Part shown: positions 29,368 to 39,271 of the stretch, in pieces
Layout of the letters: the number at the start of each line of letters is the position of its first letter
Position numbering within the stretch: the first letter of the stretch is position 1
Virus record (IMG/VR): IMGVR_UViG_2675903658_000004
Reading direction: 5' to 3' (one strand)
From: a virus
Lineage: Duplodnaviria > Heunggongvirae > Uroviricota > Caudoviricetes
DNA length: 48,141 nt
The notes under the pieces: model-generated
What the model saw: only the letters and a program-made list of their open reading frames with translations
What the model was told of the DNA's origin: nothing
Databases searched by the model: none
Position numbers and translations under genes: made by a program

Positions 29368-30862
29368 TCTTTCACACATTATTGCCGCAGCATTCAATGA
29401 ACCGCTGCTTCTGGAGCCCGCCTATGCGCGGGTTTTCTTTTGCGCGCTCGGGCGCGAGATGGGGGCAGCAAGTCTTTCGGTACCACAACAGCAGGTACAG
29501 TTTGATGCTCCCGGAATGCTGGCTGAAACGGACGAGTACATGGCCGGAGGTAAACGACCGGCCCGTGTTTACCGGGTGGTGAACGGTATTGCTGTACTGC
29601 CGGTGACCGGCACGCTGGTGCACCGGCTGGGTGGTATGCGGCCATTTTCCGGAATGACAGGCTATGACGGCATTGTCGCCTGTCTTCAGCAGGCAATGGC
29701 GGATAGCCAGGTGCGGGGCGTACTGCTGGACATTGACAGTCCGGGCGGGCAGGCCGCCGGCGCGTTTGACTGCGCTGACATGATTTACCGCCTCCGTCAG
29801 CAGAAGCCGGTCTGGGCACTGTGCAATGACACGGCCTGTTCTGCAGCCATGCTGCTGGCGTCGGCCTGCTCCCGACGGCTGGTTACCCAGACATCCCGTA
29901 TCGGCTCCATTGGCGTGATGATGAGCCATGTCAGCTATGCCGGTCATCTGGCGCAGGCCGGTGTGGATATCACGCTGATTTACTCAGGGGCGCACAAGGT
30001 GGATGGCAATCAGTTTGAAGCGTTGCCGGCAGAGGTTCGCCAGGACATGCAGCAGCGGATTGATGCGGCGCGCCGGATGTTTGCCGAAAAAGTGGCGATG
30101 TATACCGGTCTGTCTGTTGATGCCGTCACGGGAACAGAGGCTGCCGTTTTTGAAGGTCAGTCCGGCATTGAGGCCGGGCTGGCGGATGAATTAATCAATG
30201 CGTCGGATGCCATCAGTGTGATGGCCACGGCGCTGAACAGTAATGTCAGAGGAGGCACTATGCCGCAATTAACTGCAACGGAAGCCGCCGCGCAGGAGAA
30301 CCAGCGAGTGATGGGGATCCTGACATGCCAGGAAGCGAAAGGACGTGAACAGCTTGCCACGATGCTGGCAGGACAACAGGGCATGAGCGTTGAACAGGCC
30401 CGGGCGATTCTGGCCGCGGCGGCACCGCAGCAGCCGGTGGCATCCACGCAGAGTGAAGCCGATCGCATTATGGCGTGTGAAGAAGCGAACGGTCGTGAAC
30501 AACTGGCGGCAACGCTGGCGGCGATGCCGGAGATGACGGTGGAAAAAGCCCGCCCGATCCTGGCTGCTTCACCGCAGGCGGATGCCGGACCATCACTCCG
30601 TGATCAGATCATGGCACTGGATGAGGCAAAAGGGGCTGAGGCGCAGGCTGAACAGCTGGCTGCCTGCCCGGGAATGACAGTGGAGAGCGCCCGGGCTGTG
30701 CTGGCTGCGGGATCAGGTAAGGCAGAACCGGTCTCTGCATCCACAACCGCCATGTTTGAACATTTCATGGCGAACCATTCACCGGCAGCGGTACAGGGTG
30801 GCGTGGCACAGACGTCAGCAGACGGTGATGCGGACGTGAAAATGCTCATGGCCATGCCATGA
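29357..30862 (+). CDS. C: head maturation protease C (S49/ClpP-like) with nested Nu3-like scaffold region
   Basis: N-terminal region matches lambda gpC; C-terminal region carries three tandem copies of a scaffold-like motif. Confidence 0.85.
   Translation: MRRNLSHIIAAAFNEPLLLEPAYARVFFCALGREMGAASLSVPQQQVQFDAPGMLAETDEYMAGGKRPARVYRVVNGIAVLPVTGTLVHRLGGMRPFSGMTGYDGIVACLQQAMADSQVRGVLLDIDSPGGQAAGAFDCADMIYRLRQQKPVWALCNDTACSAAMLLASACSRRLVTQTSRIGSIGVMMSHVSYAGHLAQAGVDITLIYSGAHKVDGNQFEALPAEVRQDMQQRIDAARRMFAEKVAMYTGLSVDAVTGTEAAVFEGQSGIEAGLADELINASDAISVMATALNSNVRGGTMPQLTATEAAAQENQRVMGILTCQEAKGREQLATMLAGQQGMSVEQARAILAAAAPQQPVASTQSEADRIMACEEANGREQLAATLAAMPEMTVEKARPILAASPQADAGPSLRDQIMALDEAKGAEAQAEQLAACPGMTVESARAVLAAGSGKAEPVSASTTAMFEHFMANHSPAAVQGGVAQTSADGDADVKMLMAMP
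30305..30725 (+). repeat. three tandem in-frame repeats (about 40-50 codons each) inside the C/Nu3 region
   Basis: Protein segments MGILTCQEAKGREQLATMLAGQQGMSVEQARAILAA / IMACEEANGREQLAATLAAMPEMTVEKARPILAA / IMALDEAKGAEAQAEQLAACPGMTVESARAVLAA. Confidence 0.6.
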
Positions 30863-30898
30863 AGTCAGTGCTGACCATCAATAGGAGGTTTTTACAAT

Positions 30899-31246
30899 AT
30901 GGTGACGAAAACCATCACTGAACAGCGTGCGGAAGTACGTATTTTTGCCGGTAATGATCCGGCTCATACCGCCACAGGCAGCAGCGGGATTTCCTCGCCA
31001 ACACCGGCACTGACGCCCCTGATGCTGGATGAAGCCACCGGGAAACTGGTGGTCTGGGACGGACAGAAAGCCGGTAGTGCGGTTGGCATACTGGTACTGC
31101 CGCTTGAAGGCACAGAGACGGCGCTGACGTATTACAAGTCGGGAACCTTTGCGACGGAGGCAATCCACTGGCCTGAAAGTGTGGATGAACACAAAAAGGC
31201 CAACGCCTTTGCTGGCAGTGCCCTGAGTCACGCGGCGCTGCCGTAA
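30899..31246 (+). CDS. D: head decoration protein D
   Basis: 115-aa protein matching recalled lambda gpD. Confidence 0.9.
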   Translation: MVTKTITEQRAEVRIFAGNDPAHTATGSSGISSPTPALTPLMLDEATGKLVVWDGQKAGSAVGILVLPLEGTETALTYYKSGTFATEAIHWPESVDEHKKANAFAGSALSHAALP

Positions 31247-31303
31247 CACGTTATCAGGCCACCGCGGTGGCCTGACTGATTTCTGAATGAAAGGAACTGA
31301 TTT

Positions 31304-32332
31304 ATGGGATTGTTTACGACCCGCCAGTTACTCGGTTATACCGAACAAAAAGTTAAATTCCGTGCGCTGTTTCTGGAGCTGTTTTTCCGCCGTACGGTGA
31401 ATTTCCATACCGAAGAGGTGATGCTGGACAAAATTACCGGAAAAACGCCGGTGGCGGCCTATGTCTCCCCGGTTGTTGAAGGAAAAGTGCTGCGTCATCG
31501 TGGTGGTGAAACCCGCGTGTTGCGTCCGGGCTACGTCAAGCCGAAACACGAATTTAATTACCAGCAGGCGGTTGAGCGCCTTCCTGGTGAAGATCCATCT
31601 CAACTGAATGATCCGGCTTACCGCCGTCTGCGTATCATTACCGATAACCTCAAACAGGAAGAGCACGCGATTGTCCAGGTGGAAGAAATGCAGGCGGTAA
31701 ATGCTGTGTTGTATGGCAAATACACCATGGAAGGAGACCAGTTCGAGAAAATTGAGGTCGATTTTGGCAGGTCGACGAAGAATAACATCACTCAGGGTAG
31801 TGGTAAGGAGTGGTCAAAACAGGATCGTGACACGTTCGATCCTACACATGATATTGACCTCTACTGCGACCTGGCCAGCGGTCTTGTGAATATTGCCATT
31901 ATGGACGGTACCGTCTGGCGTCTTCTGAATGGTTTTAAGCTGTTCCGCGAAAAACTGGATACCCGTCGCGGTTCAAATTCTCAACTCGAAACGGCAGTGA
32001 AAGATCTGGGCGCAGTGGTGTCCTTCAAGGGGTATTACGGCGATCTGGCCATTGTGGTGGCGAAAACGTCTTATGTGGCAGAGGACGGTACCGAAAAACG
32101 TTATCTGCCGGAGGGCACACTGGTCCTGGGGAATACGGCAGCAGAGGGCATTCGTTGCTATGGTGCCATTCAGGATGCGCAGGCGTTGTCCGAAGGTGTG
32201 GTGGCCTCTTCCCGTTATCCGAAACACTGGCTGACTGTGGGCGATCCGGCCCGTGAATTCACCATGACGCAGTCCGCACCGCTGATGGTGTTGCCGGACC
32301 CGGATGAGTTTGTGGTGGTACAGGTGAAATAA
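31304..32332 (+). CDS. E: major capsid protein E
   Basis: 342-aa protein matching recalled lambda gpE. Confidence 0.95.
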   Translation: MGLFTTRQLLGYTEQKVKFRALFLELFFRRTVNFHTEEVMLDKITGKTPVAAYVSPVVEGKVLRHRGGETRVLRPGYVKPKHEFNYQQAVERLPGEDPSQLNDPAYRRLRIITDNLKQEEHAIVQVEEMQAVNAVLYGKYTMEGDQFEKIEVDFGRSTKNNITQGSGKEWSKQDRDTFDPTHDIDLYCDLASGLVNIAIMDGTVWRLLNGFKLFREKLDTRRGSNSQLETAVKDLGAVVSFKGYYGDLAIVVAKTSYVAEDGTEKRYLPEGTLVLGNTAAEGIRCYGAIQDAQALSEGVVASSRYPKHWLTVGDPAREFTMTQSAPLMVLPDPDEFVVVQVK

Positions 32333-32340
32333 TCCGTGAG

Positions 32341-32369
32341 CGGGGGCGAAATGCCCCCGTGTCTTTTTT
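32341..32369 (+). terminator. hairpin plus T-run immediately after E (likely partial terminator/attenuator)
   Basis: Perfect 7-bp stem CGGGGGC/GCCCCCG with loop GAAAT, followed by TGTCTTTTTT, 9 nt after the E stop. Confidence 0.5.
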
Positions 32370-32383
32370 CACAGGGGGCTGAT

Positions 32384-32758
32384 ATGGCAACGAAAGAGCA
32401 AAATCTGAAACGGCTTGATGAACTGGCCCTGATTCTGGGGCGTGAGCCGGATATATCCGGGAGTGCCGCAGAGATAGCGCAGCGGGTGGCAGAATGGGAA
32501 GAGGAAATGCAGTCATCCGGCGATGATGTACAGGTTATGAATATGGATATCCGGGAGCGGGAAACCGCGGCTCATGATGTTCGTGAGGAAACATCCGGCG
32601 CGTTAACGCGCATCAGAGTTCTGACCTGCCTCCATCTCTGTGGCGTTGATGGTGAAACGGGGGAATCCGTTGAGCTTGCGGATGTTGGTCGGGTGATTCT
32701 GATTATGTCCTCAGATGCAAAAACACACGTTGATGGTGGAATGGCTGTTTATGCGTGA
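32384..32758 (+). CDS. FI: DNA packaging protein FI
   Basis: Position and size match lambda FI; ATG at 32384. Confidence 0.75.
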   Translation: MATKEQNLKRLDELALILGREPDISGSAAEIAQRVAEWEEEMQSSGDDVQVMNMDIRERETAAHDVREETSGALTRIRVLTCLHLCGVDGETGESVELADVGRVILIMSSDAKTHVDGGMAVYA

Positions 32759-33104
32759 TTTTCAGAATGCCTTTGATGCCGCCCTTGCCGGGGTGGACAG
32801 TACGATTGTTGAAGTGATGGGCATCAGTGCGCAGTTCACCTCCGGTGCACAGCGTGGCGGCGAGGTTCATGGCGTTTTTGACGATCCGGAGTCGCTGGGT
32901 TTTGCCAGTAGTGGGATCCGTATTGAAGGAAGTAACCCGTCATTATTTGTGCTTACGGATACGGTTTGTGCTGTACGGCGTGGTGACACGCTGACCATTA
33001 ACGGCGAGATGTTCTGGGTGGACCGTGTTTCTCCGGATGACGGAGGGAGTTGTTATCTCTGGCTCAACCGGGGGCAACCACCTGCCGCCAGCCGTCGCCG
33101 CTGA
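32751..33104 (+). CDS. FII: head completion protein FII
   Basis: C-terminus ...FWVDRVSPDDGGSCYLWL... matches lambda gpFII; ATG at 32751. Confidence 0.85.
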   Translation: MRDFQNAFDAALAGVDSTIVEVMGISAQFTSGAQRGGEVHGVFDDPESLGFASSGIRIEGSNPSLFVLTDTVCAVRRGDTLTINGEMFWVDRVSPDDGGSCYLWLNRGQPPAASRRR

Positions 33105-33115
33105 AAGGGGGATGT

Positions 33116-33694
33116 ATGGCCATAAAAGGTCTTGAGCAGGCCGTTGAAAACCTCAGCCGTATCAGCAAAACGGCAGTGCCTGGTGCCGCCGCAATGGCCA
33201 TTAACCGCGTTGCTTCATCCGCGATATCGCAGTCGGCGTCACTGGTTGCCCGTGAGACAAAGGTACGCCGGAAACTGGTAAAGGAAAGGGCCAGGCTGAA
33301 AAGGGCCACGGTCAAAAATCCGCAGGCCAGAATCAAAGTTAACCGGGGGGATTTGCCCGTAATCAGGCTGGGTAATGCGCGGGTTGTCCTTTCGCGCCGC
33401 AGGCGTCGTAAAAAGGGGCAGCGTTCATCCCTGAAAGGTGGCGGCAGCGTGCTTGTGGTGGGTAACCGTCGTATTCCCGGCGCGTTTATTCAGCAACTGA
33501 AAAATGGCCGCTGGCATGTCATGCAGCGTGTGGCCGGGAAAAACCGTTACCCCATTGATGTGGTGAAAATTCCGATGGCGGTGCCGCTGACCACGGCGTT
33601 TAAACAGAATATTGAGCGGATACGGCGTGAGCGTCTTCCGAAAGAGCTGGGCTATGCGCTGCAGCATCAACTGAGGATGGTAATAAAGCGATGA
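33116..33694 (+). CDS. Z: tail completion protein Z
   Basis: MAIKGLEQAVENLSRISKTAVPGAAAMAINRVASS... matches lambda gpZ. Confidence 0.9.
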   Translation: MAIKGLEQAVENLSRISKTAVPGAAAMAINRVASSAISQSASLVARETKVRRKLVKERARLKRATVKNPQARIKVNRGDLPVIRLGNARVVLSRRRRRKKGQRSSLKGGGSVLVVGNRRIPGAFIQQLKNGRWHVMQRVAGKNRYPIDVVKIPMAVPLTTAFKQNIERIRRERLPKELGYALQHQLRMVIKR

Positions 33695-34086
33695 AACATA
33701 CTGAATTCCGTGCAGCCGTACTGGATGCACTGGAAAAACATGACACCGGGGCGACGCTTTTTGATGGTCGCCCCGCTGTTTTTGATGAGGCGGATTTTCC
33801 GGCAATTGCCGTTTATCTCACCGGCGCTGAATACACGGGCGAAGAGCTGGACAGCGATACCTGGCAGGCGGAGCTGCATATTGAAGTTTTCCTGCCTGCT
33901 CAGGTGCCGGATTCAGAGCTGGATTCGTGGATGGAAAGCCGGATTTATCCGGCGATGAGCGATATCCCGGCACTGTCAGATTTGATCACCAGTATGGTGG
34001 CCAGTGGCTATGACTACCGGCGCGACGATGATGCGGGCCTGTGGAGTTCAGCCGATCTGACTTATGTCATTACCTATGAAATGTGA
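33691..34086 (+). CDS. U: tail tube terminator U
   Basis: 131-aa protein matching recalled lambda gpU. Confidence 0.9.
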   Translation: MKHTEFRAAVLDALEKHDTGATLFDGRPAVFDEADFPAIAVYLTGAEYTGEELDSDTWQAELHIEVFLPAQVPDSELDSWMESRIYPAMSDIPALSDLITSMVASGYDYRRDDDAGLWSSADLTYVITYEM

Positions 34087-34093
34087 GGACGAT

Positions 34094-34834
34094 ATGCCAA
34101 CACCAAATCCTCTGGCACCGGTGAAAGGGGCCGGAACCACACTGTGGGTTTATAACGGGAGCGGCGACCCTTATGCAAACCCGCTTTCAGACAATGACTG
34201 GTCGCGTCTGGCAAAAATTAAAGACCTGACGCCCGGCGAACTGACCGCTGAGTCCTATGACGACAGTTATCTCGATGATGAAGATGCGGACTGGACCGCG
34301 ACCGGGCAGGGGCAGAAATCCGCCGGAGATACCAGCTTCACGCTGGCGTGGATGCCCGGAGAGCAGGGGCAGCAGGCGCTGCTGGCGTGGTTTAATGAAG
34401 GTGATACCCGTGCCTATAAAATCCGCTTCCCGAACGGCACGGTCGATGTGTTCCGTGGCTGGGTCAGCAGTATCGGTAAGGCGGTGACGGCGAAGGAAGT
34501 GATCACCCGTACGGTGAAGGTCACCAATGTGGGCCGTCCGTCAATGGCAGAAGATCGCAGTACGGTGACGGCGGCAACCGGTATGACCGTGACGCCTGCC
34601 AGCTCCTCGGTGGTGAAAGGGCAGAGCACCACGCTGACCGTGGCCTTCCAGCCGGAGGGCGCAACTGACAAGAGCTTCCGTGCGGTGTCAGCGGATAAAA
34701 CAAAAGCCACCGTGTCGGTCAGTGGTATGACCATCACCGTGAACGGCGTTGCTGCAGGCAAGGTCAACATTCCGGTTGTATCCGGTAATGGTGAACTTGC
34801 TGCGGTTGCAGAAATCACTGTCACCGACAGTTAA
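34094..34834 (+). CDS. V: major tail tube protein V (with C-terminal Ig-like domain)
   Basis: Matches recalled lambda gpV; ATG at 34094. Confidence 0.9.
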   Translation: MPTPNPLAPVKGAGTTLWVYNGSGDPYANPLSDNDWSRLAKIKDLTPGELTAESYDDSYLDDEDADWTATGQGQKSAGDTSFTLAWMPGEQGQQALLAWFNEGDTRAYKIRFPNGTVDVFRGWVSSIGKAVTAKEVITRTVKVTNVGRPSMAEDRSTVTAATGMTVTPASSSVVKGQSTTLTVAFQPEGATDKSFRAVSADKTKATVSVSGMTITVNGVAAGKVNIPVVSGNGELAAVAEITVTDS

Positions 34835-34849
34835 TCCGGAGAGTCAGCG

Positions 34850-35272
34850 ATGTTCCTGAAAACCGAATCATTTGAACATAACGGCGTGACCGTCACGCTT
34901 TCTGAACTGTCAGCCCTGCAGCGTATTGAGCATCTCGCCCTGATGAAACAGCAGGCAGAACAGGCGGAGTCAGACAGCAACCGGCAGGTTACTGTGGAAG
35001 ACGCCATCAGAACCGGTGCTTTTGTGGTGGCGATGTCCCTGTGGCATAACCATCCGCAGAAGACAAAGCAGCCTTCCATGAATGAAGCCGTTAAACAGAT
35101 TGAGCAGGAAGTGCTTACCACCTGGCCCGCGGAGGCAATTTCTCATGCTGAAAACGTGGTGTACCGGCTGTCCGGTATGTATGGGTTTGTGGTGAATGAT
35201 GCCCCTGACCAGGCAGAGGACTCCGGGCCTGCAGAGCCTGTTTCTGCGGGAAAGTGTTCGACGGTGAGCTGA
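34850..35272 (+). CDS. G: tail assembly chaperone G
   Basis: 140-aa protein matching recalled lambda gpG; ends just after the slippery site. Confidence 0.9.
   Translation: MFLKTESFEHNGVTVTLSELSALQRIEHLALMKQQAEQAESDSNRQVTVEDAIRTGAFVVAMSLWHNHPQKTKQPSMNEAVKQIEQEVLTTWPAEAISHAENVVYRLSGMYGFVVNDAPDQAEDSGPAEPVSAGKCSTVS
35248..35254 (+). promoter_or_regulatory. programmed -1 frameshift slippery heptamer G GGA AAG (G to G-T)
   Basis: GGGAAAG lies in the G frame as GGA AAG, as in lambda; the T frame follows in -1. Confidence 0.8.
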
Positions 35273-35688
35273 GTTTTGCCCTGAAACTGGCGCGAGAGAT
35301 GGGGCGACCTGACTGGCGCGCCATGCTTGCCGGGATGTCATCCACGGAGTATGCCGACTGGCACCGCTTTTACAGTACCCATTATTTTCATGATGTTCTG
35401 CTGGATATGCACTTTTCCGGGCTGACGTACACTGTGCTCAGCCTGTTTTTCAGCGATCCGGATATGCATCCGCTGGATTTCAGTTTGCTGAACCGGCGTG
35501 AGGATGACGAAGAGCCTGAAGATGATGTGCTGATGCAGAAAGCGGCAGGGCTTACCGGAGGCGTCCGCTTTGACCCGGACGGAAATGAAGTTATCCCCGC
35601 TTCCCCGGATATGGCGGGCATGACGGAGGATGACGTAATGCTGATGACAGTATCAGAAGGGATCGCAGGAGGAGTCCGGTATGGCTGA
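35254..35688 (+). CDS. T: tail assembly protein T (made as a G-T fusion by -1 frameshift)
   Basis: -1 frame ORF matching recalled lambda gpT; has no independent ATG start. Confidence 0.85.
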   Translation: MFDGELSFALKLAREMGRPDWRAMLAGMSSTEYADWHRFYSTHYFHDVLLDMHFSGLTYTVLSLFFSDPDMHPLDFSLLNRREDDEEPEDDVLMQKAAGLTGGVRFDPDGNEVIPASPDMAGMTEDDVMLMTVSEGIAGGVRYG

Positions 35689-38242
35689 ACCGGTAGGCGA
35701 TCTGGTCGTTGATTTAAGTCTGGATGCGGCCAGATTTGACGAGCAGATGGCCAGAGTCAGGCGTCATTTTTCCGGTACGGAAAGTGATGCGAAAAAAACA
35801 GCGGCAGTCGTTGAACAGTCGCTGAGCCGACAGGCGCTGGCTGCACAGAAAGCGGGGATTTCCGTCGGGCAGTATAAAGCCGCCATGCGTATGCTGCCTG
35901 CACAGTTCACCGACGTGGCCACGCAGCTTGCAGGCGGGCAAAGCCCGTGGCTGATCCTGCTGCAACAGGGTGGTCAGGTTAAGGACTCCTTCGGCGGGAT
36001 GATCCCCATGTTCCGGGGGCTTGCCGGTGCGATCACCCTGCCGATGGTCGGGGCCACCTCGCTGGCGGTGGCGACCGGTGCGCTGGCGTATGCCTGGTAT
36101 CAGGGTAACTCAACCCTGTCCGATTTCAACAAAACGCTGGTCCTTTCCGGCAATCAGTCGGGTCTGACGGCAGATCGTATGCTGGTCCTGTCCAGAGCCG
36201 GGCAGGCGGCAGGGCTGACGTTTAACCAGACCAGCGAGTCACTCAGCGCACTGGTTAAGGCGGGAGTAAGCGGTGAGGCTCAGATTGCATCCATCAGCCA
36301 GAGTGTGGCGCGTTTCTCCTCTGCATCCGGCGTGGAGGTGGACAAGGTCGCTGAAGCCTTCGGGAAGCTGACCACTGACCCGACGTCGGGGCTGACGGCG
36401 ATGGCGCGCCAGTTCCATAACGTAACGGCGGAGCAGATTGCGTATGTTGCTCAGTTGCAGCGTTCCGGCGATGAAACCGGGGCATTGCAGGCGGCGAACG
36501 AGGCCGCAACGAAAGGGTTTGATGACCAGACCCGACGCCTGAAAGAGAACATGGGCACGCTGGAAACCTGGGCAGACAGGACAGCGCGGGCATTCAAATC
36601 CATGTGGGATGCGGTGCTGGATATTGGTCGTCCTGATACCGCTCAGGAGATGCTGATTAAGGCAGAGGCTGCGTTTAAGAAAGCGGACGACATCTGGAAT
36701 CTGCGCAAGGATGATTATTTTGTTAACGATGAAGCGCGGGCGCGTTACTGGGATGATCGTGAAAAGGCCCGTCTTGCGCTTGAAGCCGCCCGAAAGAAGG
36801 CTGAGCAGCAGACTCAACAGGACAAAAATGCGCAGCAGCAGAGCGATACCGAAGCATCACGGCTGAAATATACCGAAGAGGCGCAGAAGGCTTACGAACG
36901 GCTGCAGACGCCGCTGGAGAAATATACCGCCCGTCAGGAAGAACTGAACAAGGCACTGAAAGACGGGAAAATCCTGCAGGCAGATTACAACACGCTGATG
37001 GCGGCGGCGAAAAAGGATTATGAAGCGACGCTGAAAAAGCCGAAACAGTCCGGCGTGAAGGTGTCTGCGGGCGATCGTCAGGAAGACAGTGCTCATGCTG
37101 CCCTGCTGACGCTTCAGGCTGAACTCCGGACGCTGGAGAAGCATGCCGGAGCAAATGAGAAAATCAGCCAGCAGCGCCGGGATTTGTGGAAGGCGGAGAG
37201 TCAGTTCGCGGTACTGGAGGAGGCGGCGCAACGTCGCCAGCTGTCTGCACAGGAGAAATCCCTGCTGGCGCATAAAGATGAGACGCTGGAGTACAAACGC
37301 CAGCTGGCTGCACTTGGCGACAAGGTTACGTATCAGGAGCGCCTGAACGCGCTGGCGCAGCAGGCGGATAAATTCGCACAGCAGCAACGGGCAAAACGGG
37401 CCGCTATTGATGCGAAAAGCCGGGGGCTGACTGACCGGCAGGCAGAACGGGAAGCCACGGAACAGCGCCTGAAGGAACAGTATGGCGATAATCCTCTGGC
37501 GCTGAATAACGTCATGTCAGAGCAGAAAAAGACCTGGGCGGCTGAAGACCTGCTTCGCGGGAACTGGATGGCAGGCCTGAAGTCCGGCTGGAGTGAGTGG
37601 GAAGAGAGTGCCACGGACAGTATGTCGCAGGTTAAAAGTGCTGCCACGCAGACCTTTGATGGTATTGCGCAGAATATGGCGGCGATGCTGACCGGCAGTG
37701 AACAGAACTGGCGCAGCTTCACCCGTTCCGTGCTGTCCATGATGACAGAAATTCTGCTTAAGCAGGCAATGGTGGGGATTGTCGGGAGTATCGGCAGCGC
37801 TATTGGCGGGGCTGTTGGTGGCGGCGCATCCGCGTCAGGCGGTACAGCCATTCAGGCCGCTGCGGCGAAACTCCATTTTGCAACCGGAGGATTTACGGGA
37901 ACCGGCGGCAAATATGAGCCAGCGGGGATTGTTCACCGTGGTGAATTTGTCTTCACGAAGGAGGCAACCAGCCGGATTGGCGTGGGAAATCTCTACCGGC
38001 TGATGCGCGGCTATGCCACCGGCGGTTATGTCGGTGGCACCGGAAGTCCGGCGCAAATGCGGCGTTCAGAGGGTATCAGGTTTGAGCAGAACAACAACGT
38101 GGTGATTCAGAACGACGGTACGAATGGTCTGCCAGGTCCACAGATGATGAAGGCGGTGTATGACATGGCCCGCAAGGGTGCCCGTGATGAAATCCAGGCA
38201 CAGATGCGCGATGGTGGTCTGTTCTCCGGAGGTGGACGATGA
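35681..38242 (+). CDS. H: tail tape-measure protein H
   Basis: 853 aa, lambda gpH-like, long coiled-coil and Gly-rich C-terminus. Confidence 0.95.
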   Translation: MAEPVGDLVVDLSLDAARFDEQMARVRRHFSGTESDAKKTAAVVEQSLSRQALAAQKAGISVGQYKAAMRMLPAQFTDVATQLAGGQSPWLILLQQGGQVKDSFGGMIPMFRGLAGAITLPMVGATSLAVATGALAYAWYQGNSTLSDFNKTLVLSGNQSGLTADRMLVLSRAGQAAGLTFNQTSESLSALVKAGVSGEAQIASISQSVARFSSASGVEVDKVAEAFGKLTTDPTSGLTAMARQFHNVTAEQIAYVAQLQRSGDETGALQAANEAATKGFDDQTRRLKENMGTLETWADRTARAFKSMWDAVLDIGRPDTAQEMLIKAEAAFKKADDIWNLRKDDYFVNDEARARYWDDREKARLALEAARKKAEQQTQQDKNAQQQSDTEASRLKYTEEAQKAYERLQTPLEKYTARQEELNKALKDGKILQADYNTLMAAAKKDYEATLKKPKQSGVKVSAGDRQEDSAHAALLTLQAELRTLEKHAGANEKISQQRRDLWKAESQFAVLEEAAQRRQLSAQEKSLLAHKDETLEYKRQLAALGDKVTYQERLNALAQQADKFAQQQRAKRAAIDAKSRGLTDRQAEREATEQRLKEQYGDNPLALNNVMSEQKKTWAAEDLLRGNWMAGLKSGWSEWEESATDSMSQVKSAATQTFDGIAQNMAAMLTGSEQNWRSFTRSVLSMMTEILLKQAMVGIVGSIGSAIGGAVGGGASASGGTAIQAAAAKLHFATGGFTGTGGKYEPAGIVHRGEFVFTKEATSRIGVGNLYRLMRGYATGGYVGGTGSPAQMRRSEGIRFEQNNNVVIQNDGTNGLPGPQMMKAVYDMARKGARDEIQAQMRDGGLFSGGGR

Positions 38243-38568
38243 AAACCTTCCGCTGGAAAGTGAAACCCGGGATGGATGTGACATCGGCTCCTTCCGTCAG
38301 GGAGGTGCGCTTTGGTGATGGCTATTCCCAGCGTGCGCCTGCCGGGCTGAACGCTGACCTGAAAACGTACAGCGTGACGCTGTCTGTCTCCCGTGAGGAG
38401 GCCACGGCGCTGGAGTCGTTTCTGGCTGAGCACGGGGGCTGGAAGGCCTTTCTGTGGACGCCGCCTTATGGTTACAGGCAGATAAAGGTGACCTGCGCAA
38501 AATGGTCGTCGCGGGTCAGTATGCTGCGTGTTGAGTTCAGCGCAGAGTTTGAACAGGTGGTGAACTGA
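38239..38568 (+). CDS. M: minor tail protein M
   Basis: 109-aa protein matching recalled lambda gpM. Confidence 0.9.
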   Translation: MKTFRWKVKPGMDVTSAPSVREVRFGDGYSQRAPAGLNADLKTYSVTLSVSREEATALESFLAEHGGWKAFLWTPPYGYRQIKVTCAKWSSRVSMLRVEFSAEFEQVVN

Positions 38569-39266
38569 TGCAGGATATCCGGCAGGAAACATTGAATGAA
38601 TGCACCCGTGCGGAGCAGTCGGCCAGCGTGGTGCTCTGGGAAATCGATCTGACAGAGGTCGGTGGAGAACGTTATTTTTTCTGTAATGAGCAGAACGAAA
38701 AAGGTGAGCCGGTCACCTGGCAGGGGCGACAGTATCAGCCGTATCCCATTCAGGGGAGTAGTTTTGAACTGAATGGCAAAGGCACCAGTACGCGCCCCAC
38801 GCTGACGGTTTCTAACCTGTACGGTATGGTCACCGGGATGGTGGAAGATCTGCAGAGTCTGGTCGGCGGAACGGTGGTCAGGCGTAAGGTTTACGCCCGT
38901 TTTCTGGATGCGGTGAACTTCGTCAACGGAAACAGCGACGCCGATCCGGAGCAGGAGGTGATCAGCCGCTGGCGCATCGAGCAGTGCAGCGAACTGAGTG
39001 CGGTCAGTGCCTCCTTTGTACTGTCCACACCGACGGAAACGGATGGTGCCGTTTTTCCGGGGCGCATCATGCTGGCTAATACCTGCACCTGGACCTATCG
39101 CGGTGATGAGTGCGGTTATCACGGTCCGGCGGTCGCGGATGAATATGATCAGCCGACTTCCGATATCACGAAGGATAAATGCAGCAAATGCCTGAGCGGC
39201 TGTAAGTTTCGCAATAACGTCGGCAACTTTGGCGGCTTCCTTTCCATTAACAAACTTTCGCAGTAA
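38568..39266 (+). CDS. L: minor tail protein L
   Basis: 232-aa protein matching recalled lambda gpL. Confidence 0.9.
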   Translation: MQDIRQETLNECTRAEQSASVVLWEIDLTEVGGERYFFCNEQNEKGEPVTWQGRQYQPYPIQGSSFELNGKGTSTRPTLTVSNLYGMVTGMVEDLQSLVGGTVVRRKVYARFLDAVNFVNGNSDADPEQEVISRWRIEQCSELSAVSASFVLSTPTETDGAVFPGRIMLANTCTWTYRGDECGYHGPAVADEYDQPTSDITKDKCSKCLSGCKFRNNVGNFGGFLSINKLSQ

Positions 39267-39271
39267 ATCCC

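Noticed and set aside
36239-38592. Long minus-strand ORFs (e.g. 36239..36817, 36857..37387, 37333..37851, 38107..38592) inside H and M
   Set aside because: Antisense to conserved lambda tail genes in GC-rich DNA where stop codons are rare by chance; Arg/Pro/Ser-rich compositions typical of spurious ORFs.
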